From: Myxococcota bacterium
GTDB lineage: Bacteria; Myxococcota_A; UBA9160; UBA6930
Direction of reading: 5' to 3'
DNA: 64,000 nt
Assembly: GCA_965223415.1 (NCBI GenBank)
Contig: OZ245002.1
Location: forward strand, 4,480,001 to 4,544,000
Of the stretch, positions 44,573-56,398 are shown in pieces (position 1 is the stretch's first letter; each line of letters starts with the position of its first letter). The notes beneath the pieces are model-generated. The model worked only from the letters and a program-made list of their open reading frames with translations. It was not told the origin of the DNA and did no database searches. The translations under genes and the position numbers were made by a program.

Positions 44573-46306
44573 TCAGGCCGCCGCCATCCCCTCCTCTTCC
44601 TCCGTGGCGCGCACCACCTCCTCGAGGGAGGTCACTCCCGCGAGCACCTTGCGCGCCCCGTCCATGCGCAGGGTCTGCATGCCCCCCTGCGCGGCCAGGC
44701 GCTTGATGGCCTTGGCGTCGACGTTCTGGGTCACGAGGTTGCGGATGGGGTCGTCCACGATCATCAGCTCGAAGATGCCGACCCGGCCCGCGTAGCCGGA
44801 GTCGTGGCACTGAGCGCAGCCGCCCGCGCGGTAGATCTCGACCGGTGCGTTCGCCTTGATGCCCACCTCCGCGAGCTCCTCGGGGGTGGGCTCGTAGGCC
44901 TGGCGGCAGTGCCGGCACAGCACGCGGACGAGACGCTGGGCGAGGACGGCGGAGAGGGACGAGGCCACGAGGTAGGCCTCGACGCCCATGTCGACGAGCC
45001 GGGTGATGGCGCTCGGCGCGTCGTTGGTGTGGAGGGTCGAGAAGACCAGGTGGCCGGTGAGCGAGGCCTGGATGGCGATCTCGGCGGTCTCGAGATCGCG
45101 GATCTCGCCGACCAGCACGATGTTCGGGTCCTGGCGCAGCACGGTGCGCAGGGCGCTGGCGAAGGTGAGGCCGATCTTCGGGCTCACCTCGATCTGGCTC
45201 ACGCCCGGCAGCTGGATCTCCACCGGGTCGTCGATGGTGATGATGTTGGACTCGGCGCTGTTCACCCGGGCCAGGGCGCCGTACAGGGTGGTCGTCTTGC
45301 CGCTGCCGGTCGGGCCGGTGACGAGGATGATCCCGTTGGGCCGCCGGATGAGGCGGTTCCAGATCTCGAGCTGCGCCTCGCCGAAGCCCAGGGCCTCGAG
45401 GTTGAGCATGTCGGAGGTGCGCGGCAGCAGCCGCAGCACCAGCCGCTCGCCGTGGGTGATCGGCACGGTCGAGAGCCGCACGTCGTAGTCGCGGCCGGCG
45501 ATCTTGAGGCGGATGCGGCCGTCCTGGGGCAGCCGCTTCTCGGCGATGTCGAGGCCGCCCATGATCTTGATGCGCGATACCACCGAGGGGAGCAGGGCCT
45601 TCGGCAGCGGGCTCACCGGCTCGTAGAGCACGTTGTCCACCCGGAACCGGACCCGGATCTCCTTCTCGTGGGGCTCGATGTGGATGTCGCTGGCGCGCTC
45701 CTTCACCGCCTGCTGCATCAGCGAGTCGACCAAGCGGATGATCGGCGCCTCGTCGTCGGAGTCGAGCAGGTCTTCCGGCTCCGCCGCGAGCTCGCTGGCC
45801 ACCGAGGCGAAATCGTCGGCGGCGTCCTCGAGGATCGCGTCGAGGGAGCCGGCGCCGCCGCGGTCGTAGACCTGGTTGATCGCGGTCATCACCGCGCGCT
45901 GGCCGACCAGCTCCGTCTCGATGGCAGCGCCGTCGAAGAGCAGCCGCAGGTCGTCGAGGCAGGCGGTGTCGTAGGGGTCCGACATGGCGACCCGCACCGA
46001 GCCGTCGTCGGCCCGGCCGATCGGCAGGAGGCCGTGGGCCTTGGCGAAGGAGATCGGCAGCTTCTCGACCAGGCCCTCGTCCACGTCGTCGGCGCTGATC
46101 GAGGGCCGCACCGGCAGGCCGAGCTGGGTGCCGATCGCCCCCAGCAGCTGATCCTCGCTGAGGAAGCCCAGCTCGAGCAGGTGCTCCGTGAGCTTGCCGC
46201 CCTCGTCCTGCTGGCGGCGCACCGCCTCCTCGAGCTGCTGGAGGGTGAGCGGGGTGGTCCGCAGCAGGACCTCCCGCAGCCCGAGGCGCTCGTCGATCGG
46301 ATTCAC
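44573..46306 (-). CDS. gspE: T2SS ATPase GspE
   Basis: ASDIHIEP, GPTGSGKTT, LRQDP, GEIRD, STLHTN, CxxC motifs. GTG 46306 chosen because of the GTGA overlap; alternative start at 46333. Confidence 0.95.
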   Translation of the reverse strand: MNPIDERLGLREVLLRTTPLTLQQLEEAVRRQQDEGGKLTEHLLELGFLSEDQLLGAIGTQLGLPVRPSISADDVDEGLVEKLPISFAKAHGLLPIGRADDGSVRVAMSDPYDTACLDDLRLLFDGAAIETELVGQRAVMTAINQVYDRGGAGSLDAILEDAADDFASVASELAAEPEDLLDSDDEAPIIRLVDSLMQQAVKERASDIHIEPHEKEIRVRFRVDNVLYEPVSPLPKALLPSVVSRIKIMGGLDIAEKRLPQDGRIRLKIAGRDYDVRLSTVPITHGERLVLRLLPRTSDMLNLEALGFGEAQLEIWNRLIRRPNGIILVTGPTGSGKTTTLYGALARVNSAESNIITIDDPVEIQLPGVSQIEVSPKIGLTFASALRTVLRQDPNIVLVGEIRDLETAEIAIQASLTGHLVFSTLHTNDAPSAITRLVDMGVEAYLVASSLSAVLAQRLVRVLCRHCRQAYEPTPEELAEVGIKANAPVEIYRAGGCAQCHDSGYAGRVGIFELMIVDDPIRNLVTQNVDAKAIKRLAAQGGMQTLRMDGARKVLAGVTSLEEVVRATEEEEGMAAA

Positions 46307-46967
46307 GCGGGCTTCTCCACGGTCGTTCGACACCGCCGGCTCACTCTCCGTTCTCCACGATCGTTCGAACTCCGCCGGTCACTCTCCGTTCTCCACGATC
46401 GTTCGAACTCCGCCGGTCACTCTCCGTTCTCCACGATCGTTCGAACTCCGCCGGTCACTCTCCGTTCTCCACGATCGTTCGAACTCCGCCGGTCACTCTC
46501 CGTTCTCCACGATCGTTCGAACTCCGCCGGTCACTCTCCGTTCTCCACGATCGTTCGAACTCCGCCGGTCACTCTCCGTTCTCCACGATCGTTCGAACTC
46601 CGCCGGTCACTCTCCGTTCTCCACGATCGTTCGAACTCCGCCGGTCACTCTCCGTTCTCCACGATCGTTCGAACTCCGCCGGTCACTCTCCGTTCTCCAC
46701 GATCGTTCGAACTCCGCCGGTCACTCTCCGTTCTCCACGATCGTTCGAACTCCGCCGGTCACTCTCCGTTCTCCACGATCGTTCGAACTCCGCCGGTCAC
46801 TCTCCGTTCTCCACGATCGTTCGAACTCCGCCGGTCACTCTCCGTTCTCCACGATCGTTCGAACTCCGCCGGTCACTCTCCGTTCTCCACGATCGTTCGA
46901 ACTCCGCCGGTCACTCTCCGTTCTCCACGATCGTTCGAACTCCGCCGGTCACTCTCCGTTCTCCACG
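46303..46967. repeat. 38-bp tandem array (16 perfect units plus partial and diverged units), no spacers
   Basis: actctccgttctccacgatcgttcgaactccgccggtc starts at 46343, 46381 ... 46913, with a partial copy at 46951. Confidence 0.97.
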
Positions 46968-49609
46968 GTGACGACCGGCGACATCTCGAAGCTCTGGCGC
47001 ATCACCTCCGCCGCCTCCTCGGCCTCCCCCAACTCGCCGAAGGGGCCGATCCGGATCTCGTAGAGCACGGTGCCGGAGCGGTCCTCGGTGACGAGGGCGC
47101 CGTCGTAGCCCGCGTCGATGAGCTGCTGGAGGGCGGCGGCGGCGGCACCTTCGTCGCCGAAGGTGGCGGCCAGCACCCCGTAGCGCTTGCCCCCGTCGAC
47201 CTGGGCCTGGGCGGCGGCCTGCTGGCGGGCCTCGCGCTCCCGGCGCTCGATCTCGCGCATCTGGTCCACGGGGTAGCGGTCGCGATGCTCGACGAGGCGC
47301 CCCCGCACCGGGTTCTTGCCCTTGAAGGGCGTCATCGAGATGCCCGCCGCCTCGGCCTCCTCGCGGCGCTCCTTCGCCTGGCGCTTCTCCTTGTCGGTGA
47401 GCCGCAGGGCCTTCTCGCTCGACTCCCAGAACTCCTCGCGCTTGCGGATCGTCTCGGTGGCGAGCTCGGCCTCGTTGCGGACGATGTGGGGCGTCAGGAA
47501 GACGAGCAGGTTCACCTTGCGCACGTCCTCGTCGGTGGTCTTGAACAGCCAGCCCAGGATCGGGATGTCGCCGAGCCAGGGCACCTTGGTCTCGATGTCG
47601 CCCTGGTTCTCGTCGATCAGCCCGCCGATCACGACCGTCTCGCCGTCGCCGACCACCACCACGTTCTCGATCTTCCGGTTCGAGAGCGCCACGCCGACCT
47701 CTTCCGCGGAGCCGGTCTGGGCGGTGAGGCCCGCGTTGATGTCCGTGATCTCCTGGAAGATCTTGAGGCGCAGGCTCTCGCCTTCGGAGATCTGGGGCGT
47801 CACCCGCAGGGTGATGCCGATGTCCTGGCGCTCGATGTTCTGGCTCGTGGCGAGGCCGCCGGTGCTCTGGCCCGCCGCCGACTCCACGCGACTGGTGACG
47901 ATCGGGATGTTGTTGCCGACCTTGATCTCCGCCTCCTCGTTGTCGAGGGTGAGCACGTGGGGGGCGGAGAGGATGTTCGTGCTGGTGAGGGAGGCGCTGG
48001 CGCGGATGATGCCCTGGATGAGGGAGCCGCTGAAGAGAGGATTGCCAAAGCCGTCTGTGGCCTGCTCGAGGGCGCCGGTCGCCAGGCCGGTCATCGGATC
48101 GAGGGCCGGCACCATGACCTGTGACACCGTGCTCCGGGTGGCTGCGGCAAAGAGGCTGCTCAGAATCGAGTTGCCCAGGGTTCCAGCGCCGGTATCCGTT
48201 GTGCCGCCGTTCCCGTCCGTCGTCGACGAACCGAAGACGTTCGGAACCGCTCCGCTATCCGTGACTGAACCCAGCGCATAGCTCGTGTTGCCCCGGAAGA
48301 TCCGACCGAAGCCGTTGAAGCCGAGGTCCCGCGCGTCGGTGACATCGACCTCCATGATCAGCGCCTCGACCAGCACCTGGGGCCGGGCGATGTCGAGCTG
48401 GGCGATCACCTGGGCGAGGGTGTCGTAGCCCTCCCGGGTCGCCTGGATGACGAGCGAGTTGGTCGGCGCGTCCGCCGTCACGGTGACGCCGTCGGCCAGC
48501 TCGGTGATGGCGGCCCGCAGGGCCGGGTTCGCCGCCACGCCGCCCACCGCCGCGGCGCCGCCCGGCGAGGCCGGCGGCTGGCCGCCGATCAGGGTGGAGA
48601 GGGTGGTCGCCAGCTCCTCGGCGTCCGCGTGCCTCAGGTAGTAGACGTGGATGCGCCCGCCGCCGGTCACCGGCACGTCGAGGCGCTGGATCACCTCGCG
48701 GATCTCCGCCACCCGCTGGCGGGAGGCGAGGACGATCAGCGAGTTCGTGCGCTCGTCGGTGATCAGCCGGACCCGACCCTTGGGGGCGCCGACGTTGGCG
48801 GCCGCCTGGACGGCCTGGGGAGTGCGCCGGGCGCGGGCCCGGGCCACGGGCTGGCCGGTAGCGCTGGTCACCTCGGCTTCGAAGATCTCGGAGAGCTGGG
48901 CCGCGAGGGTGGTCGCGTCCGCGTGCCGCACCTGGATGACCGTCAGCTCCTCCTTGTAGGTCTCCACGTCGATCGACTGGAGGATGGAGAGGATGCGCCG
49001 GATGTTGGAGGCCGAGTCCGTGAGGATCACCGTGTTGGTGGGCGGGTAGGCCACCATCGAGGCGTCCTTCGAGACCAGCGGCTTCACCGTGTTGGTGATG
49101 GCCTCGGCGTCGATGAAGCGAAGGGGGATGAGCCGCGTGATGAAGCGGTCGCTCTTCGGCGTGGCCGCGCGACCGCGAACGGTCTCGACGTTGCTCTCCT
49201 TGGCCTCGCGGATCGGAATCACCTTGATCGCGCCGCCCGGCGTCTCCACCGTGGTGAAGCCCTTCACCTGGAGGACGGACTCGAAAACCGCGTAGGCCTC
49301 CTCGCGGGTGATCTTGGTGGGCGAGACGATCGTGACGCGCCCGCGCACCCGATCGTCGTAGATGAAGTTCTTGTTCGTGAGGCGAGCGATGGTGTCGATC
49401 ACGACCGAGAGCTCGACGTCGGTGAAGTCGAGCTGCACGTGGCCGTTGTCGGTGGTGAGGCCGTCTTCCGGCGGGGCCTGGGCGGCGGCACCGCCGGCCA
49501 GGAGGATCAGGAGCAAGGCGACGACGCCACGGTGCAGCAGCGAACGCATCCGCCCGGGGCCTTCCATCTTCGAAACCAGCGGTCGCATCAGCGTGGGACT
49601 CCCCATCAT
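46949..49609 (-). CDS. gspD: T2SS secretin GspD with a C-terminal SPOR-like domain
   Basis: N0-N3 domains, QVLVEALIMEV, SAPHVLTLDNEEA, KVPWLGDIPILG, LLVFLTPHI; C-terminal Y.V..ATF....A...Y.IRIGPF. Start uncertain. Confidence 0.93.
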   Translation of the reverse strand: MMGSPTLMRPLVSKMEGPGRMRSLLHRGVVALLLILLAGGAAAQAPPEDGLTTDNGHVQLDFTDVELSVVIDTIARLTNKNFIYDDRVRGRVTIVSPTKITREEAYAVFESVLQVKGFTTVETPGGAIKVIPIREAKESNVETVRGRAATPKSDRFITRLIPLRFIDAEAITNTVKPLVSKDASMVAYPPTNTVILTDSASNIRRILSILQSIDVETYKEELTVIQVRHADATTLAAQLSEIFEAEVTSATGQPVARARARRTPQAVQAAANVGAPKGRVRLITDERTNSLIVLASRQRVAEIREVIQRLDVPVTGGGRIHVYYLRHADAEELATTLSTLIGGQPPASPGGAAAVGGVAANPALRAAITELADGVTVTADAPTNSLVIQATREGYDTLAQVIAQLDIARPQVLVEALIMEVDVTDARDLGFNGFGRIFRGNTSYALGSVTDSGAVPNVFGSSTTDGNGGTTDTGAGTLGNSILSSLFAAATRSTVSQVMVPALDPMTGLATGALEQATDGFGNPLFSGSLIQGIIRASASLTSTNILSAPHVLTLDNEEAEIKVGNNIPIVTSRVESAAGQSTGGLATSQNIERQDIGITLRVTPQISEGESLRLKIFQEITDINAGLTAQTGSAEEVGVALSNRKIENVVVVGDGETVVIGGLIDENQGDIETKVPWLGDIPILGWLFKTTDEDVRKVNLLVFLTPHIVRNEAELATETIRKREEFWESSEKALRLTDKEKRQAKERREEAEAAGISMTPFKGKNPVRGRLVEHRDRYPVDQMREIERREREARQQAAAQAQVDGGKRYGVLAATFGDEGAAAAALQQLIDAGYDGALVTEDRSGTVLYEIRIGPFGELGEAEEAAEVMRQSFEMSPVVTVENGE

Positions 49610-50490
49610 CGAATCTCGTACTGGAGCTGACGGACCTGCCCGTCGCGTCCCGTGACGGTGACGCTGAATTGCTGAGAGGTCGAGAGCTCGCTCAGCACCT
49701 GTGCACTCTCCTGCTGGCCCGTCACCTGGATTCCGTTGAACTCGGTGATGGTGTCGCCGTCCTGGATGCCGATCTGCTGGAAGAGGCTCCCCGCCTTGAT
49801 CGCGTTCAGCTGCACGCCCACCATCTGTCCGTTCTCATACTTCGGCAGGATGCGGGCCTGAGAGAAGAGGGCGGCGGGATTGTTCGCCACGCTGTTCACG
49901 TCCTGGCGCTCGACGGCGAAGCGGTTCTCGGCCAGCTGCTCGACCTGCGGGTTGCGGGCGGGCCGGGCGCGGGGTCGCGCGCGGGCGGTCCGGCGAGCCG
50001 GGCGCGTCGATTTGCCCCCGTTCTCCTCCTTGAGGGCGAGCTCCTCGCGGCGGGGCCCGTTCTGGAGGACGATGCGGCGGCGCTCGATGCGCAGCACGTC
50101 CGCGCGACCCTTGAGCCGGTCGCCCACCCGCACGACCAGATGGGTGCGGGTCTCCAGGTCCTCGACCGCGGCCCAGGAGAGTGCCGTGTCCTCGTGGGCG
50201 GCGGTGCCGAGGAGCTCCAGCGGGAGCTTCGTCTTGGCGTACTTCTCCTCCTCCGTCGGTGGCGGAGCCGTGGGCGCAAGGGTGGAGGCGTTGAAGGGGT
50301 TGCGGCTGATGATGATCTGGCGCGCGTCCCAGCTCCGGTCCGTCGGAGGGATCGGGATGGGCTGGACGTGGGCGGCGCCGGCCGCGGGCTCCAGCACCGA
50401 GCCGGACACGGCGGCGATCACCCGTGCCGCGAAGAAGCAGCAGGCCGCCACCAGGGCGACGTTGATGCCGAGGATCAGCGCGCGGCTCAC
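49606..50490 (-). CDS. gspC: T2SS protein GspC with PDZ domain
   Basis: TM helix, RNPF, LELLGT, ARILP...G.QL.AIKAGSLFQQIGIQDGD. Confidence 0.9.
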   Translation of the reverse strand: MSRALILGINVALVAACCFFAARVIAAVSGSVLEPAAGAAHVQPIPIPPTDRSWDARQIIISRNPFNASTLAPTAPPPTEEEKYAKTKLPLELLGTAAHEDTALSWAAVEDLETRTHLVVRVGDRLKGRADVLRIERRRIVLQNGPRREELALKEENGGKSTRPARRTARARPRARPARNPQVEQLAENRFAVERQDVNSVANNPAALFSQARILPKYENGQMVGVQLNAIKAGSLFQQIGIQDGDTITEFNGIQVTGQQESAQVLSELSTSQQFSVTVTGRDGQVRQLQYEIR

Positions 50491-50750
50491 GCGGCGCCCT
50501 CGTTCGTGCCGGTCATGCCCACGGTACCCCTCCGCTCGGCTCGGCCCGGGGCGGCGCTGCCACCCCCAGGGAACGGCCGAGTATATCGCCCCGGGCCGCC
50601 GTCTCCAAGCCGGTTTCCTCGCAATTCCGGGGGGTTATCGCGTCTACCGCGCGTGCTCTCGGTGATCGGGTTCACACCCTCGGCGATTCGATGCCCGCGC
50701 CACCCGGGAGGTTCCCCGGGCCACTTCCCGAGACGAGATCGACCGTGTCC

Positions 50751-51161
50751 ATGCCGCCTCTCCGCACCCTCCGTTGGCTCCTCCCCGCCTCCGCCGCGGG
50801 GCTGGCGGCGGGCGTCGGTTTGGGGGCGTTCCTGCTGCTGGGCCCGGTCCTGCTCGACGTCCAGGCGCCCGCCGGCGCCGCGACCGTGGGGCTCGAGGGG
50901 GTGGAGGTGTTCCTGCGCTTCGACGCGGAGCGCACCCGCCACGCCACCTTCCGGGCGCTCCTGAACGGCGCCGACGTCACCGACGAGCTGGAGGTGGCCC
51001 CGAACGGTGTCCACGGCTCCCTCCACGGCCTCCTCCACGGCGACAACGAGCTGCGTTTCGAGGTCTACGGCGAGGGCTACTGGCCCCCGGATCTCCTGGT
51101 CGAGGAGACCCGCAGCTACTCGATCCGCTACCGCCCACCCCTCGACCTCGACCGCGGATGA
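50751..51161 (+). CDS. Hypothetical membrane-anchored protein with a beta-sandwich-like domain
   Basis: N-terminal TM helix then LNGADVT...GDNELRFEV; coding-like codon usage. Confidence 0.65.
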   Translation: MPPLRTLRWLLPASAAGLAAGVGLGAFLLLGPVLLDVQAPAGAATVGLEGVEVFLRFDAERTRHATFRALLNGADVTDELEVAPNGVHGSLHGLLHGDNELRFEVYGEGYWPPDLLVEETRSYSIRYRPPLDLDRG

Positions 51162-51264
51162 AGTAAACGGGGCTGGCCCCCTTCTGTTCCCCCGGGGGCA
51201 TCTTGACGGGGGGCGGCTGGGGACCAGGCTTCGCGGGCACATCTGCGAGGAGGCCTGCAGGGAC

Positions 51265-53175
<1,911 letters not shown>

Positions 53176-53181
53176 GCCCCC

Positions 53182-55563
53182 TTGGACGAGCTCGAAGCCA
53201 CGAGCCCGGAGGTCGCGCAGGAGGTCGGCGAGCTGCCGGGCGACCTGCCCATCCTGCCGCTCAAGAACACGGTCATCTTCCCGCACCTGCTGGCACCGCT
53301 ACTGGTCAACACGGAGCGCTCGAAGACGTTGATCGACGCGGTCCTCGCCGACCCGGATCGGCTGATGATGAGCGTCGCGGTCAACCGGCCGCTCGAGGGA
53401 AGTCCGCGCACGGAGGATCTCCACCGCACCGGCACCGTGCTTCGCATCGTGAAGATGCTGAAGTTCCCGGACGACTCCTACCGGCTGCTGGTCCAGGGGG
53501 CGGGCCGGGCCCGCGTGACCGAGTTCCTCGACGAGGACCCGTTCTTCCGCGGCCGCATCGAGGACCTGAAGGACCACGGGGACGCGACCTCCGTCGAGGC
53601 CCTGGCGCTGACCCGCGAGGTGCGGGACCAGTTCGTGGGCCTGGTCTCCGAGTCGAGCCGGCTCTCGGACGAGCTCCAGGTGCTGGCGATGAACGTCGAG
53701 GAGCCGGCGCGGCTTGCGGACCTGGTCGCTTCGAACCTCGATCTCGACATCGCCGGCAAGCAGGCCTTCCTGGAAGAGCTCGACGTGGTGGCCCGCCTGC
53801 ACCGCGCCCGCGACGAGCTGCGCCGCGCCGGCGACGCGATCCAGATCGAGAGCGAGATCCGCGAGAAGGTCCAGAGCGAGATGGGGCGCAGCCAGCGGGA
53901 GTACATGCTGCGCCAGCAGCTCGACCACATCCGCAAGGAGCTGGGCGAGGCCGAGGACGAGGAGGCCGAGGCCGACGTCCTGCGCGACAAGATCGAGGCG
54001 GCGCGGATGCCCGAGGAGGCCGAGAAGCAGGCCCTCCGGGAGCTCGAGCGTCTGGAGCAGACCCCCACCGCCTCCGCCGAGCACGGCGTGATCCGCACCT
54101 ATCTCGAGTGGATGGTCGATCTCCCGTGGAGCCAGACCAGCGAAGACCAGCTCTCCGTCGAGGAGGCCCGGTGCGTCCTCGACGAGGACCACTTCGGCCT
54201 CGAGAAGGTGAAAGACCGCATCGTCGAGTACATCGCCGTGCTCTCCCTGAAGCGCGACCTGCGCGGGCCGATCCTGTGCTTCGTGGGCCCGCCGGGCACG
54301 GGCAAGACCTCACTCGGCCGGTCGATCGCCCGGGCGCTCGGCCGCCAGTTCGAGCGCATCTCCCTGGGCGGCGTGCGGGACGAGGCGGAGATCCGCGGCC
54401 ATCGCCGCACCTACGTGGGAGCGCTGCCCGGGCGGGTCGTCCAGGGCATGCGCCGCGCCGGGACGCGCAACCCGGTGTTCCTCCTCGACGAGGTGGACAA
54501 GGTGGGCGCCGACTACCGGGGCGATCCTTCGTCGGCGCTCCTCGAGGTGCTCGATCCGGAGCAGAACAGCACCTTCAGCGACCACTACCTGGAGGTCCCC
54601 TTCGACCTGTCCCAGGTGCTCTTCATCGCCACGGCCAACCAGATGGAGCCGGTGCCCGCCGCCCTCCAGGACCGCATGGAGGTGATCGAGCTGCCCGGCT
54701 ACACGGAGGAGGACAAGGTCGAGATCGCCCGCCGTTTCCTGATCCCCCGCCAGCGGGAGGCCAACGGCGTGGCGGAGATCGACCTGCGCATCAGCGACGA
54801 CGCCGTGCGCACGGTGATCCGCAGCTACACCCGCGAGGCTGGCGTGCGGAACCTGGAGCGCGAGCTCGGCAAGCTCTGCCGCAAGGTCGCGCGTCGGGTC
54901 GCCGAGGGCCAGCTGGCCGAGGGCGAGGCGTCGGTGATCGACGCCCCGGACCTGGCGGAGCTGCTCGGGCCGATCCGCTTCGAGCCGGAGCTGGCGGAGC
55001 GCACCGGGCAGCCCGGCGTGGCTGTGGGCCTGGCCTACACGCCGGCGGGAGGCGACATCCTGTTCGTCGAGAGCACCCAGATGCCCGGCCGCGGGGGGCT
55101 CAAGCTGACCGGCTCCCTCGGCGACGTGATGCGGGAGTCTGCCGAGGCCGCGCGCACCTGGCTCCAGGCCCGGGCCGAGCAGTTCGAGCTCGACCGGGAG
55201 GCCTTCGAGAAGCGCGACTTCCACCTGCACGTGCCCGCGGGCGCCGTGCCCAAGGACGGGCCCTCGGCCGGCGTCGCCATGGTCACCTCCCTGGCCTCCC
55301 TGATGCTCGGGCGGCCCGCCGCACCGGAAGTGGCGATGACCGGCGAGATCACCCTGCGCGGCAAGGTGCTGCCCGTGGGCGGCATCAAGGAGAAGGTGCT
55401 GGCGGCCAAGCGCTCGGGCATCCGCCGGGTCGTGCTCCCGGAGCGCAACCGGCGCGACGTGGAGGAGATCCAGCCGGAGCTGCTCAAGGGCCTCGAGTTC
55501 GACTACGTTTCGGCGATCGATGAGGCCCTCGATCGGATCCTGCTTCCCGCCGCGGCGGACTGA
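53182..55563 (+). CDS. lon: ATP-dependent protease Lon
   Basis: [33 protein letters not shown]. Confidence 0.96.
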   Translation: MDELEATSPEVAQEVGELPGDLPILPLKNTVIFPHLLAPLLVNTERSKTLIDAVLADPDRLMMSVAVNRPLEGSPRTEDLHRTGTVLRIVKMLKFPDDSYRLLVQGAGRARVTEFLDEDPFFRGRIEDLKDHGDATSVEALALTREVRDQFVGLVSESSRLSDELQVLAMNVEEPARLADLVASNLDLDIAGKQAFLEELDVVARLHRARDELRRAGDAIQIESEIREKVQSEMGRSQREYMLRQQLDHIRKELGEAEDEEAEADVLRDKIEAARMPEEAEKQALRELERLEQTPTASAEHGVIRTYLEWMVDLPWSQTSEDQLSVEEARCVLDEDHFGLEKVKDRIVEYIAVLSLKRDLRGPILCFVGPPGTGKTSLGRSIARALGRQFERISLGGVRDEAEIRGHRRTYVGALPGRVVQGMRRAGTRNPVFLLDEVDKVGADYRGDPSSALLEVLDPEQNSTFSDHYLEVPFDLSQVLFIATANQMEPVPAALQDRMEVIELPGYTEEDKVEIARRFLIPRQREANGVAEIDLRISDDAVRTVIRSYTREAGVRNLERELGKLCRKVARRVAEGQLAEGEASVIDAPDLAELLGPIRFEPELAERTGQPGVAVGLAYTPAGGDILFVESTQMPGRGGLKLTGSLGDVMRESAEAARTWLQARAEQFELDREAFEKRDFHLHVPAGAVPKDGPSAGVAMVTSLASLMLGRPAAPEVAMTGEITLRGKVLPVGGIKEKVLAAKRSGIRRVVLPERNRRDVEEIQPELLKGLEFDYVSAIDEALDRILLPAAAD

Positions 55564-56398
55564 GCGCCGGCACCCCACGGCGGCGCTGCTTGCCGCCTTC
55601 CTCGCTGCAGGCTGCGTGCTGCCCGGCACCCACGCCGAGGTGGTGGACGAGCGCGATGCGCTGCGCGGCGAGCGGGCCCGCCTCGAGAAGCGCGTCCAGC
55701 TCCTCGAGGCATCGAACGAGAGCCTGAGCGGCGAGCGCGTGACGCTCCTGGACCAGGTGGAGGACCTGCGGCTCACCGGCGAGGAGCTGGCGGCGCGCCG
55801 GGCCGACCTCGAGGGCCAGGTGGCCGAGCTCACGACCCGGCGGGACGAGCTGGCGGCGGATCTCGCGTCGCGGACCCGCGAGGTGGAGGAAGAGCAGCAG
55901 GAAGTGGACGAGCTGCGCTCCACCTACGACGAGCTCGTCACCGAGCTCCAGAGCGAGGTGGCCGCGGGCCGGATCGAGATCGAGCGGCTGCGCGAGGGCC
56001 TGCAGGTGAAGCTCTCCCAGGAGATCCTGTTTCCGAAGGGCTCCGCCCGGGTGTCTGCGGGAGGGCGGGGCGTGCTGGAGCGGGTGGCCGGGCGGCTGGG
56101 CGGGGAGGGGCACGCGGTCCAGGTGCTCGGGCACACCGATCCCCACGCGATTCGCGGGCGGCTGGCCCAGCAGTATCCCTCGAACTGGGAGCTCGGCGCC
56201 GCGCGGGCCGCCGCCGTGGTGCGGATCCTGGAGGGGGCGGGCGTGGCGTCGGCGCGCCTCTCCGCCATCTCCCACGGGCCCCACCGGCCGGTTGCGTCGA
56301 ACGACTCCGCCGAAGGGCGCGCGCGCAACCGGCGCATCGAGATCCGCCTGCAGCCGGAGCCCGGGACGGAGAGCCAGGCGCCCACCGCCGCCGAGTGA
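55520..56398 (+). CDS. OmpA/MotB-family coiled-coil lipoprotein
   Basis: Lipobox LAAGC, coiled coil, [20 protein letters not shown]. Start uncertain. Confidence 0.85.
   Translation: MRPSIGSCFPPRRTERRHPTAALLAAFLAAGCVLPGTHAEVVDERDALRGERARLEKRVQLLEASNESLSGERVTLLDQVEDLRLTGEELAARRADLEGQVAELTTRRDELAADLASRTREVEEEQQEVDELRSTYDELVTELQSEVAAGRIEIERLREGLQVKLSQEILFPKGSARVSAGGRGVLERVAGRLGGEGHAVQVLGHTDPHAIRGRLAQQYPSNWELGAARAAAVVRILEGAGVASARLSAISHGPHRPVASNDSAEGRARNRRIEIRLQPEPGTESQAPTAAE

Noticed and set aside
46303..46967. CRISPR array
   Set aside because: Units are contiguous and identical with no unique spacers, and there are no cas genes in the window.
44555..48124. 1189-aa plus-strand ORF (and 46188-47063) with a 38-aa repeat
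   Set aside because: Antisense shadow of gspE/gspD; the repeat simply has no plus-strand stop codons.
51162..51264. CIRCE/HrcA operator before dnaK
   Set aside because: No TTAGCACTC-N9-GAGTGCTAA; only a TTGACG hexamer and GC hairpins.
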